Shown here piece after piece: positions 29,482-39,594 of a stretch of DNA of 64,000 nucleotides. A program made the translations under genes and the position numbers. A model generated the notes under the pieces. That model had not been told where the DNA came from and made no database searches. It was given only the letters and a program-made list of their open reading frames with translations. How positions within the stretch are numbered: the stretch's first letter is position 1; the number at the start of each line of letters is the position of its first letter. Source of the stretch: an uncultured Actinomycetota bacterium (GTDB lineage: Bacteria; Actinomycetota; Actinomycetes; Streptosporangiales; Streptosporangiaceae); NCBI GenBank assembly GCA_963820395.1, contig CAWGAE010000010.1:249759-313758 (forward strand). The letters are read 5' to 3'.

Positions 29482-29844
29482 TCATGAGGCACCGCTGTGC
29501 TGGCTGTCATATTCAGCGATCTTTATCAAGATCGAAATGTCCGTGCCTGCGACCCGCCCGAGCTCGGTCAAGGTGGCGGCCGATGGCAGAGACGTCCCGC
29601 AACGCCAGCGGGTGATGGCGACCGGGACACGCCACGCCGCGCGGGCAAGCTCAGCCCAGTTTGGGAAGAGTCCCGGCACCACGGCGTCAAGCCAGCGAGA
29701 AAAATCCCACCCGAACCCTGGCCGTCCTCCCGCCCACTGGTGCTCATCACCTGACCTACAGCGGTAGGGATGCGCGCCTAGCCGGCCATCCTGGCCGTGC
29801 GCGTTCGAGCTTGACGGTCGGCAAACCGGCCCGGCCCCGGCCAC
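29482..29844 (-). CDS. putative XRE-like helix-turn-helix protein (start uncertain)
   Basis: NWAELARAAWRVPVAITRWRCGTSLPSAATLTELGRVAGTDISILIKIAEY resembles the HTH_31/XRE fold seen in actinomycete mobile elements. The N-terminal half is low-complexity and may not be translated. Confidence 0.4.
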   Translation of the reverse strand: MAGAGPVCRPSSSNAHGQDGRLGAHPYRCRSGDEHQWAGGRPGFGWDFSRWLDAVVPGLFPNWAELARAAWRVPVAITRWRCGTSLPSAATLTELGRVAGTDISILIKIAEYDSQHSGAS

Positions 29845-29912
29845 GCTTGCCGCAAGCGAGCGAGGTCCGAAGTGACCGAAAGGCGGCCCTCTTAGTCGCT
29901 GCCTAGATCAGG

Positions 29913-30134
29913 CTAGTCGTCGCCGATGTGATCCAGAGTGATCACAAGGACGTCGCCGTGAATCTCGATGCCCTTCGTGTAGAGATCAGAGAACCTATCT
30001 TCCATGAGCTTCTTCATCTGTTCCACGGTCACGTCGACTGGCGAAGTCACGTAGAACGGTCTAACTTCGACCTTCCACACCGCCCGCCTACTCTTCTTGC
30101 CGTCTGGTACCTGCCGTGGTGTCTCGTTCGTCAT
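29913..30134 (-). CDS. orphan 73-aa protein
   Basis: Clean ORF in an A/T-richer stretch with balanced, non-repetitive composition (MTNETPRQVPDGKKSRRAVWKVEVRPFYVTSPVDVTVEQMKKLMEDRF...). No obvious SD sequence. Confidence 0.45.
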   Translation of the reverse strand: MTNETPRQVPDGKKSRRAVWKVEVRPFYVTSPVDVTVEQMKKLMEDRFSDLYTKGIEIHGDVLVITLDHIGDD

Positions 30135-30865
30135 GACCGAACACTACACATGATCAAAAATCCAGGGATAGGGTGTACGGCTTTTTGGCCCGCTAGGCGC
30201 TGACACGGGGATCACCAGGCAGGTGGCGACTACAAAACGTAGTCGCCGATAATCACGTGTTTTTGACATGGAACGGTCAGTGCTTACATGGTTACGAACT
30301 GAGCAACACCAATACACGCGGAAGCCCGTTGGTGCACGCGGATCAAGTGAACGAACACGCAGAACAGAAGCCCGGGGGCGGCGGCACAGCCGCGATTGCC
30401 TGGCGAAACAGACGCTTGACAGACCAATGGCGGGCTCGGGCACAGCCAAGAACAAAGAGGCCCACGGCAGTGTTCGTCAAAGCTGTTGCGCAGGCCTCGA
30501 CGTGTGTGATCTAGGTCAATCGTTGCGTGTACCGAGGCTCTCAGGTGGACGCTGACGGAATGCCACGCTTGCGAGCCAAACCAGCGACACGCCATCCTCG
30601 GCGTCCATCGTGACCGGCTCTAACGTGAACGCCGGGCTAGACAGGTCATCACGGTCCAGGTTGAGGGGAAGGGCGGCGGCTGCCGGGCCTCGGGACTCAG
30701 CGCGCACGGGGCGGGCGGTGCGCATGACTAGCACGGCGCGCACGGCGAGCACAGGGGTGCACGGCGCGGGTCCTCCGGGGAGGGGGCTGCCGTCAAGGAC
30801 GCGGAACCTCGCTTCTTGTTCGCGTGTCGCTACGTTTGCGCAGGCCGTCGGACCGGAACAATAAA

Positions 30866-30930
30866 TACAAGAAAAATGAGGCCCCTCCATGTATGAGATG
30901 GCCCCTCCATGTATGAGATGGAGGGGCCTC
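30866..30930 (-). terminator. intrinsic terminator on the minus strand with a duplicated 3' arm
   Basis: The minus strand reads GAGGCCCCTCCAT-CTCATAC-ATGGAGGGGCC, then a second ATCTCATACATGGAGGGGCCTC, then ATTTTTCTTG. On the plus strand this is the 20-bp unit GGCCCCTCCATGTATGAGAT at 30880 and 30900. Confidence 0.55.
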
Positions 30931-31545
30931 GCTCAGGCCCGGCAGCCGCGCGGAGCGCGGCGTCCGTGCTGCGCACCTGCCTGAACGGTCCGTATCCCGG
31001 CTCTCCCCGCGTCCCAGGTGTGCCCGGCAGGCGCCGGTTCCAACGGAGGATGCAATTCCACTGGCCTCACCCACGGCCACGAGAATTTTACGGCACCGAT
31101 CTTTAAGATTTTTGGCCATCCCCAACGCGTCCCAGGGCATCCACCAAACGTACGCCGTCATCCCCGGGTCGAAGTGCTTGTCCACCGCATCATCCACAGC
31201 CAGCCCACAGGTAACAGAGCGTGGCCAGATGCACGAGCCTGCGGCCAGGTTGCTCGTCGGCCACAGCCAAGGCGGTCGCGGTCCTCAGCGCCCTGCTCGA
31301 CCTGCGACCAGAGGTGCGCGGTCGCAGAGCCGCGCCGCGAGCAGTGCACGCATTCGGCGGACAGTAAGTGATTTCGGCTACAGCCCCGAGGCCCTGACGA
31401 CGTGCCATCCACCGGGTTGCGGCCGACACACCCGACACGCTCCGCACGCAGAAACATTGAAATGCCACACGCAAGAGCAGCACAGCCTTAGTCTGACTAC
31501 TCAATGTAACTAATTGACTGTACTCTGAAGTATCTCGGGGGATAC

Positions 31546-32010
31546 ATGCGCCGCTTTCTGACTATGGTGACCGTGTCCGGCACGGTCATGTCCGCACTCG
31601 CACTGGCGATGGCGCCGGATCCGACAATCGCGCGCCATATGCGCAGGCCGTTTCCGGTCTTCTCCCTGACGGCAACGCCAATGTCGGCCAGCGCTCCGGC
31701 CCGCCGCAGCCTAACCATTGCGGTCATCAGGAAGGACAAGCCAGAGCAGCCAGAGCCAGCAGTCCTCACCCTGCGGTGGCCCGACGCCGCGACTGGGGAC
31801 AGGCTTACGGTCCTCCCAGGCCCCTGCGCTTTCGAGCTCATGCGGACCACGCCCGCATGTTTCTACACCGTGCATCCCAAGGCGGCAACGCAGATCGACC
31901 CTGCTGACACCGGCACCGACACCGGCACCGCGCCCGACGGCGCGACCCCGGCCGTCGCCACTACCCAGGACAGCGCCGGTCAGGCCGGGAGCCTAGGCAG
32001 CATTTCATGA
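31546..32010 (+). CDS. putative secreted protein; the stop codon lies inside the IS66 inverted repeat
   Basis: Signal-peptide-like N-terminus MRRFLTMVTVSGTVMSALALAMA. GGGGGA lies upstream of the ATG. The C-terminal codons overlap the IS end at 32003. Confidence 0.5.
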   Translation: MRRFLTMVTVSGTVMSALALAMAPDPTIARHMRRPFPVFSLTATPMSASAPARRSLTIAVIRKDKPEQPEPAVLTLRWPDAATGDRLTVLPGPCAFELMRTTPACFYTVHPKAATQIDPADTGTDTGTAPDGATPAVATTQDSAGQAGSLGSIS

Positions 32011-33795
32011 TTTCGGCCACTTTCTAGAAGCATCTTCAGAAAGGTATCTATTCAGCCGGGGTGGGTGTCGCCGGCCGTGACCCGGATCACGGTCGGGTTG
32101 TGATCGGCGCGGGGGTTGCCGGCGTGTCGCGTTGATCTTCGGGTCGGCTTGCTGATCATTAGGGCGCATGCCGTCTTCGCCGGGTTTGCCTGATGCCGCT
32201 GGGCTGCGGGTGCGGCTGGAGGCGGCCGAGCAGCTGATCGGCGAGCTGCGCGAGGGCATGGCGGTGATGGCTGGGGCTCATCGGCGCGAGCTGGAAGCCA
32301 GGGATGCGGTGATCGCCCGGCAGGCGGGGACGATCGCCGGGCAGGCGGACCGGATCGCGCAGCTAGAGCGCAGGCTAGGGCGCGACTCCTCCAGTTCCTC
32401 GAAGCCGCCGTCGTCGGATAGCCCGTACACGAAGAAGAGCAAGGACCGGTCGCTGCGGGAGAAGACCGGGCGGCAGCCCGGCAAGCAGCCCGGCGCGCCG
32501 GGCAGGACGTTAGGGCTGGCGGATGACCCGGATGAGACCATTGAGTGCGCGCCCGCGGGATGTGGGCGGTGCGGGCGGGACCTGACCGGGGAGCCGGCGG
32601 TGCGCACCGAGCGCCGGCAGCGATGGGACATCACCCCGCCGCCCCCGCCGTACATCATCGAGTACCGCAGGATCACCAAGGTGTGCCCGTGCTGTCAGGC
32701 GGCCAGCGCCGGGCAGGTCCCGGCGGATGTGACCAGCCGGGTGGTGTACGGGCCGGAGACCCGGGCGCAGGCGGCGAACCTGGCCTGCGGGCATCACGTG
32801 CCGGTGCTGCGGGCCGCGCTGCTGCTGCGCCAGATGGCGGGGATCAAGGTCTCCACCGGGTGGATGGCCGGGATCCGCGGCCGCGCCGCCGCCGCGCTGG
32901 CGCCGTTCATGGAGCACGTCCGGGCGCTGCTGCGCACCGCCCCGGCGCTGAACGCCGACGAGACCCCCGCCCGGGCCGCGAAGAGCCTGACGTACGTGCA
33001 CGTGGCCTGCACCCGCTACCTGACCTGCCTGCACGTGGCCGGGCGGTCCGCCGGCGACATCGACGCCGGCGGGGTGCTGCCCGGATACACCGGCGTGCTG
33101 ATGCGTGACGGGTACGCCGGCTACTCGCATCTGACCGGCGCGCTGCACGCCTGGTGCGGAGCCCACCTGCTTCGTGATCTTAAAGACATCTACGACTTCG
33201 AGCCGGCCCAGCAGCGCTGGGCCTCGGCCATGGCGGACTTGCTGCTGCAGGCCAATGGCCACGCCTGCCAGGCGCGCGGGGCCGGGAAGGACCGCCTCGA
33301 CGCGGACGTCCTGGCCGGCCTGCTGGACCGTTACCGGGCGCTCGCCGCCGACGGCCTGGCCGCCAACCAGCGGCGGCATACCCGCGCCGCCCGTGACGCG
33401 AGACGGGTGGCGCGCCGGTTCCGCGACTACGAGGACCTGATCCTCAGATTCGTTACTGACCTTGCCGTGACGGAGTTCACGAACAACGAGGCGGAAAGAT
33501 CAGTAAGGCCCGTCAAGGTGCAGCAGCACAGCTCAGGCGGCTGCTGGCGCACCCTCGAGGGCCTGGCCGAGTTCGCGATCGCGCAATCATACCTGTCCAC
33601 CGCCGCCAAGTGGGGCATCGACGCCCTCGACGCCCTGCGCCAGCTGTTCACCACCGGCCCCTGGCTCCCGCCCGCCCTCACACCCCACGCTGCCACCAAG
33701 GCCGCATAATCACCACAGGCCAGCCCGGCGCAAGCCACGAGGCAGGGCCGACACCGGCTGAATAGCTACTCAGAAAGATGGCCAGGATCATGAAA
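32003..33795 (+). mobile_element. second IS66-family element (different sequence type); no clear 8-bp duplication
   Basis: Ends are TTTCATGATTTCGGCCACTTTCT...CTATTCAGCCGG and CCGGCTGAATAG...AGAAAGATGGCCAGGATCATGAAA, imperfect inverted repeats aligned by eye. Confidence 0.65.
32168..33709 (+). CDS. IS66 family transposase
   Basis: 513 aa. Same architecture as the first copy (SSKPPSSD, CGRCGRDL...CPCC) but clearly divergent. Confidence 0.9.
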   Translation: MPSSPGLPDAAGLRVRLEAAEQLIGELREGMAVMAGAHRRELEARDAVIARQAGTIAGQADRIAQLERRLGRDSSSSSKPPSSDSPYTKKSKDRSLREKTGRQPGKQPGAPGRTLGLADDPDETIECAPAGCGRCGRDLTGEPAVRTERRQRWDITPPPPPYIIEYRRITKVCPCCQAASAGQVPADVTSRVVYGPETRAQAANLACGHHVPVLRAALLLRQMAGIKVSTGWMAGIRGRAAAALAPFMEHVRALLRTAPALNADETPARAAKSLTYVHVACTRYLTCLHVAGRSAGDIDAGGVLPGYTGVLMRDGYAGYSHLTGALHAWCGAHLLRDLKDIYDFEPAQQRWASAMADLLLQANGHACQARGAGKDRLDADVLAGLLDRYRALAADGLAANQRRHTRAARDARRVARRFRDYEDLILRFVTDLAVTEFTNNEAERSVRPVKVQQHSSGGCWRTLEGLAEFAIAQSYLSTAAKWGIDALDALRQLFTTGPWLPPALTPHAATKAA

Positions 33796-34028
33796 GCATC
33801 GCGCACTCATCACGGGGTCGGCCGCCACGACGTAGGTGCGGCTCGATGCCATTAAGCGAGATCGCCGGGCGCGCTACGCCACAGGCAACACCCACACGGC
33901 ACGCTCCAGCGGCAGTATTGGCACCACTGGCTCCAATGGGCCTGCGGGTGCCCCTTCCGCACGGCACGTCAGCCGTGCGCCTCGACCGGAGCGGCGAAGC
34001 AGATGACCCCGGCCGGGCCAGGTGCCGA

Positions 34029-37000
34029 CTAGCCGTAGAAGATCCTCTCCATCACCGCACGGGCGCGCCGCGCCGCACGCCGCTGATCGTCGATTAGCTT
34101 GCCGCTCTCTCCCGGCCGGTAGCCGAGCACTCGGGCGACCGCCGCAAGCTCGCGCGGCGCGGAAGGCAGCGTGTCGCCCGGCCGGCCACGGACGGCCGTG
34201 ACCGCGTCCCTGATCCTGGTGGCCAGCCGCCATGCGGTGGCGAGCACCTCCGCATCCGCACGCGTGATCAGCCCGGCATCCGCCGCCGCGTCAAGCGCGG
34301 CGAGCGTGCGCGTGGTCCGCAGCCCGGGCGTCGCGTACGCGTGCCGCAACTGCAGCAGTTGCGCGACCCACTCGACGTCGGCCAGGCCACCACGCCCAAG
34401 CTTGAGGTGGCCGACCGGATCAGCACCCCGTGGCAGCCGTTCGGCTTCGATCCGCGCTTTTATCCGCCTAATCTCCCTAACGGCTGCACGGTCGATTCCA
34501 CCGTCTGGATAGCGCAGCCGGTCCGCGAGCGCGACAAAACGCTCGCCAAGCTGCGGGTCTCCCGCCACAGGCTCGGCGCGGAGCAGCGCCTGGCTCTCCC
34601 ATGGCGCTGACCAGCGCCGATAGTACTCCGCGTAAGAGGCGAGAGTACGCACGAGCGGCCCCTGACGGCCCTCAGGGCGCAGGTCCGGGTCGATGGTCAG
34701 CGGCGGGTCGGGGGCGGGCAACGGCCAGCAACCGCCGCAACTCCTCCGCCACCGCGTGCGCGGCGCGGCTGGACTCTTCCTCGTCCGCACCTGGAAGTGG
34801 TTCGTGCACGAAGATGACGTCGGCGTCGCTGGCGAAGCCCATCTCGTGGCCGCCGAACCGGCCCATGGCCACCACGGACATCCGGGTCGGTAGCGGTGAC
34901 CGCAGCTCAAGCTCGACCTTCTTGATCGCGGCCTTGAGTGCCCCCGTCACTGTCACGGCCGTGATCGTGGTTAGCGCTTCGCCGCTTTCCTCGACCCCGA
35001 TGCGGCCGAGCAGGCTCGCCACGGCGGTGCGCAGTAGCTCGCGGGTGCGCAGCGCGCGGACTGCCGCGACCGCATCCTCGGCACTGTCGTGGCGGGCCAC
35101 GGCGGCGAGCGCCTCAGCGGTCAGCGCGTCCCGCGGCCGCGGCATCAGCTCGGCGTCGTCGGCGAGCAGTTTCACCGTCTCGGGAGCTCGCAGCAACAAC
35201 CCGGTGGCGTACTTGCTCGATGCGAGCACGAATGCCATCCGCTCGGCGACCTGAACTTCGTCCCTGAGCAGCCGCAGATACCAGGGTGTCCGCCCTAGCG
35301 CCTCGCTGACCTGGCGGAAAGCGAGCAACCCGGCGTCAGGTTGGGCCGCGTCGGCGAACCAGCCGAGCATGACGGGGAGCAGCGTGCGCTGGATCGCCGC
35401 CCGCCGTGACACGCCCGCGGTAAGCGCCGCGATGTGCCGCAGCGCGCCCGCCGGATCTTCATAACCAAGCGCCTCGAGCCGCGCCCGCGCCGCCGCCGGC
35501 GTCAGCCGGACAGCCTCGCCGGGAAGCCGCGCCACAGCTTGCAGGAGCGGGCGGTAGAAGAGCTTCTCGTGCAGCCGACGCGCCACGATGGTGTGCTTTC
35601 GCCACTGCGCCGTGAACTCGGCCGCGGGGTCGCCGCCGCCGAGCCTCGTGTCGGGGCGGCCGTCGTTAGGTAGCTGGTATGCCCGCAGCGCTCGGCCGAG
35701 CCTGCGCCGCCCGGCCGTATCCGCCTCAGCGGGGATAACGTGTGTTCGGCGCAGACGTTCCAGTTGCAGCAGGTGCTCCACCCGGCGCAGGAACCGGTAG
35801 GCGGCGGCCAGGTCGGCTGCCTCGTCGCGGCCAACGTAGCCGCTGCGGGACAGCGCGGCGAGTGCCGGGAGGGTGGCGGGGCTGCGCAGGCTCTGGTCGG
35901 TGCGCCCGTGTACCAGTTGGAGCAGCTGCACCGCGAACTCGATATCGCGCAGCCCGCCAGGACCGAGCTTGAGCTGGCGCCCTGCCTGCCCACGCGGCAC
36001 CGTGTCCTCGACGCGGCGGCGCATCGTTTGCACATCCTCGACAAAATTGTCGCGCTGCGCCGCCTGCCACACCAGCGGCGCCACCACCTCGACATACCTG
36101 GCACCGAGCTCGAGGTCGCCCGCGATGGGCCGTGCCTTCAACAGTGCCTGGAACTCCCACGTCTTCGCCCAACGCTCGTAGTAGGCGCGGTGGCTGGCGA
36201 GCGTCCGCACCAAGGGGCCGCTTCGCCCCTCCGGGCGCAGGTTCGCGTCCACTTGCCAGAGCGGCGCTTCGGGCGCGCTCTGTGAGCAGATCCGCATCAT
36301 CGCGCTTGCCAGCTTTGTCGCCGCGGCGAGCGCGTCACGCTCGTCGGCGCCTTCCGTGCCTCCTGTGCCTTCTGCGCCTTCCACGGGTTCCGCGACGAAA
36401 ATGACGTCGACATCGCTGACGTAGTTGAGCTCGCGGCCGCCGCATTTGCCCATGCCGATCACGGCCAGGCGGCAGGGCGCACCACCGGAGGGTTGGCCGA
36501 TGGGCTGGCTTCCGTGCTCGCCGCGCAGCTGGCTGCGGGCGATGGCGAGGGCTCCTTCCAACGCCGCCGCGGCGAGATCGGCGAGCTCCGCGGTGACGTC
36601 CTCGAATGCGGAGACGCCCGTCAGATCACGCGCCGCAAGGTGCATGAGCCGCCGCCGGTAGGCCAGCCGCAGCTCGGTCACCGGGTCGCCCGCTTGCGCA
36701 CCGTCACCCGCGCCCGCCGCTCGGCCGGTGCCACCCGAGCCGCGTCCGGTACGGCCCGCGGAACCCAAGTCCCCCGCCGAGCCCCCCGGGCGACCTGCCG
36801 CAGCGCCCGCGGCAGCCGAACCTCTGCCGCACGCCCCGCCCCACCCGAACCGTCTGCCGCACGCCCCGCCCCACCCGAACCGCCTGCCGCACGCCCCGCC
36901 CCACCCGAACCGCCTGCCGCACGCCCCGCCCACCCGAACCGCCAGGTGCCGGGCCGGGCGGCACGGCAGGCTCCGCATCGTAAGGCTGCGCTCCCACCGC

Positions 37001-37399
37001 GGTCAGCATCGCGGCGCGCAGCTCCCCGGTTGCTGGGCGGCGCAGCGCATCGGGGCCGCGCACGACCCGCCAGTCGTCGGGGTGCCGCTGCAGGTGATCG
37101 CCGAATGCCGCACTCGCCCCGAGCACCGCGGTGAGCCGGTCGCGAAGACCCCGCTCCGCGCGCAACGCGGCACGCAATTCAGCGGCCGAATCCGGGTCGC
37201 TTCGCTGTACAAGCCCGGCGAACGCCGACAGCGCGAGATCGGGATCGGCGGCGGCGGCGATCGCCGCGAGCACATCCGAATCAGCGCCACCCGCATCGAA
37301 TCCGAGTACCTCGGTAATCAGCTGTTCAGCCCGTGCGGGGTCGGCGAAACCCATCCGGGCGAGCGTGCCAGCCAGCGTGCCCGTGCGCGGCGTACTCAC
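34029..37399 (-). pseudogene. glnE: bifunctional glutamine synthetase adenylyltransferase/deadenylyltransferase, split over three reading frames as assembled
   Basis: N-terminus VSTPRTGTLAGTLARMGFADPARAEQLI... is in the frame of ORF 36704..37789. The body is in ORF 34672..36978 and the C-terminal domain in ORF 34029..34910. Total length 3371 nt = 3n+2. One junction lies near 34722 (LLA|LPAPDPPLTIDPDLRPEG), the other within 36704..36978. Confidence 0.85.
36816..36944 (-). repeat. 30-bp tandem repeat, about 4.4 copies, inside the glnE N-terminal linker
   Basis: Unit CCGAACCGNCTGCCGCACGCCCCGCCCCAC. The first and fourth copies are 29 nt, each one nucleotide short: the first lacks a G (CCGAACC-TCT) and the fourth has a C-run one C shorter. 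Confidence 0.9.
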
Positions 37400-37664
37400 C
37401 CTTGAACCGTAATGCGGCACAAGGCTGGCGCGCGCGCCGGAATGACCGCACTTACCGGCCGGCGGTACCACGCCGCGGTGACGGCTCTGGAGTGCCGCGA
37501 GCGCGGCCATTGCGGCTGCGGCCACCGGCGGCGGCCAGCGGGCTGGGCTCGGCGCCCACCCGGCGCCGCTACCGCAGGGTGGTAAGCCATTGTTGCGGGT
37601 GTCATCGCGCGGCAGCCGTTCGGGATAGGGGGCAGCGACACGGCACGGGATGACCCGCGAACCG

Positions 37665-39035
37665 TCAGAGGATGGGCAGGTAGCGGTCCAGCTCGAACCT
37701 GGTGACCTGGCGCCGGTAATCGTGCCACTCCGCGCGCTTGTTCCGAAGGAAGAAGCCGAACACCTGCTCGCCGAGTGCCTCGGCCACAAGCTCGCTGCCC
37801 TCCATCGCGCGGATCGCCCCGTCCAGGTTCTGCGGCAGCGGCTTGATGCCGAGCGCGCGCCGCTCCGCAGACGTCAGCGCCCACACGTCGTCCTCGGCGC
37901 CCAGCGGTAGCTCGTAATCTTCTTCGATCCCCTTCAGCCCGGCGGCAAGGATGAGCGCGAAGGCGAGATACGGGTTGCAGGCCGAGTCCAGCGAGCGGAA
38001 CTCGATCCGGGTCGCGTTCCCTTTCTGCGGCTTGTACATCGGAACCCTGACCAGAGCGGAACGGTTGTTGTGCCCCCAGCAGATATAAGCGGGCGCCTCG
38101 CCGCCGGCCGCCGCGGTCCGTTCGGTCCCGCCCCACAGCCGCTTGTAGGAGTTGACCCACTGGTTGCAGACCGCGGTGATCTCGGCCGCGTGGCGGAGCA
38201 GACCGGCGATGAACGCCCGGCCGAGCTTGGACAACTGGTACTCGGCTCCCGGCTCGTAGAAAACGTTGCGGTCACCCTCGAACAGCGACACGTGCGTGTG
38301 CATGCCTGACCCTGGGTGGTCTGTGAACGGCTTGGGCATGAACGTCGCATACACCCCTTGCTCAAGCGCCACCTCCTTCATTACCAGCCGGAACGTCATG
38401 ATGTTGTCCGCCGTGGTGAGCGCGTCCGCGTAGCGCAGGTCGATCTCCTGCTGGCCGGGGGCACCCTCGTGGTGGCTGAACTCCACCGAAATCCCCATCG
38501 ACTCCAGCATCATGATCGCGCTGTGCCTGAAGTCGTGCGCGATGGTGTGCGGGGTGTGATCGAAGTACCCGCCCGAGTCGATCGGCCGCGGCATGACACC
38601 CGGCTCCGGCCGCTCCTTGAGCAAGAAGAACTCGATCTCTGGGTGGGTGTAGAAGGTGAATCCAAGCTCAGCTGCCCGGCCCAGCGCGCGCTTGAGCACC
38701 CAGCGCGGATCGGCGTACGACGGCGATCCGTCCGGCATCATGATGTCGCAGAACATCCGGCCCACGCCGGGTGATTCGCCGCGCCACGGCAGCAGCTGGA
38801 ATGTGGCCGGGTCGGGCTTGGCGAGCATGTCTGCCTCGTACACCCTGGCGAATCCCTCAATCGCCGAGCCGTCGAAACCGATGCCCTCGGCAAAGGCGCC
38901 CTCCAGTTCGGCGGGCGCCACTGCTACCGACTTCAGGTAGCCGAGCACGTCGGTAAACCAGAGCCGGACGAATCGGATATCCCGCTCCTCGAGTGTTCGG
39001 AGCACGAACTCGACTTGTCTTTCCACGCCCATCAC
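37665..39035 (-). CDS. glnA2: glutamine synthetase family protein, GlnA2-type
   Basis: 456-aa GS with HPGSGMHTHVSLF and NSYKRL motifs. Conserved position next to glnE. Confidence 0.92.
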   Translation of the reverse strand: MMGVERQVEFVLRTLEERDIRFVRLWFTDVLGYLKSVAVAPAELEGAFAEGIGFDGSAIEGFARVYEADMLAKPDPATFQLLPWRGESPGVGRMFCDIMMPDGSPSYADPRWVLKRALGRAAELGFTFYTHPEIEFFLLKERPEPGVMPRPIDSGGYFDHTPHTIAHDFRHSAIMMLESMGISVEFSHHEGAPGQQEIDLRYADALTTADNIMTFRLVMKEVALEQGVYATFMPKPFTDHPGSGMHTHVSLFEGDRNVFYEPGAEYQLSKLGRAFIAGLLRHAAEITAVCNQWVNSYKRLWGGTERTAAAGGEAPAYICWGHNNRSALVRVPMYKPQKGNATRIEFRSLDSACNPYLAFALILAAGLKGIEEDYELPLGAEDDVWALTSAERRALGIKPLPQNLDGAIRAMEGSELVAEALGEQVFGFFLRNKRAEWHDYRRQVTRFELDRYLPIL

Positions 39036-39142
39036 CTCAGCGGCCGGGCGCCGCAGTCCGCCTCGCCCGTTGCAAAAAACTGTACGACGCCTTCACGTCC
39101 GGCGCCGTCGTGTGGTCTCATCTCCCAGTTTGCCTGCCCCTT

Positions 39143-39158
39143 GTTTCCGGCAGATTAC
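39143..39158 (-). promoter_or_regulatory. possible single GlnR a/b site upstream of glnA2
   Basis: The minus strand reads GTAAT-n6-GAAAC about 110 nt upstream of the glnA2 start. Only one a/b pair is convincing. Confidence 0.3.
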
Positions 39159-39594
39159 CGGTCCCGCTGGTCACCTGTGCCCCGTTACAGGTCCCGGTCA
39201 CGCTCGTCCCGCTGGCCACAGGCGGAACGTCCCGACGGGCGCGCCACAGATCCCCGCGTCGAAGGCGAAGACCGATCCAGCAAGCGGCTGGCCGTGGCTC
39301 GGTGGCAGGCCCTCGCGCGCGGAGGTGACATAAAGCGTATTACCCGGGCCGAACGCGCAACTACTCGATTGCGCGACCGGGAACTCGACGGTCCGCAGCA
39401 GCCGTCGTTCATGCGCGTGCCTGCTTCCGGCAATGCCCGGCGCTTCGACTGACGGCGCTGCCCGTGATGGCACGCGCACCTGGGCGGACGTTTGAGCGTG
39501 GGGCGGGTGGACAGCGGCGCTTTCATGGCTGCGGATCGCATGCGGCCTGCTCGCGGCACCGCAGCCCACAGCACCGCGGCTCTAAGCTGATGGC

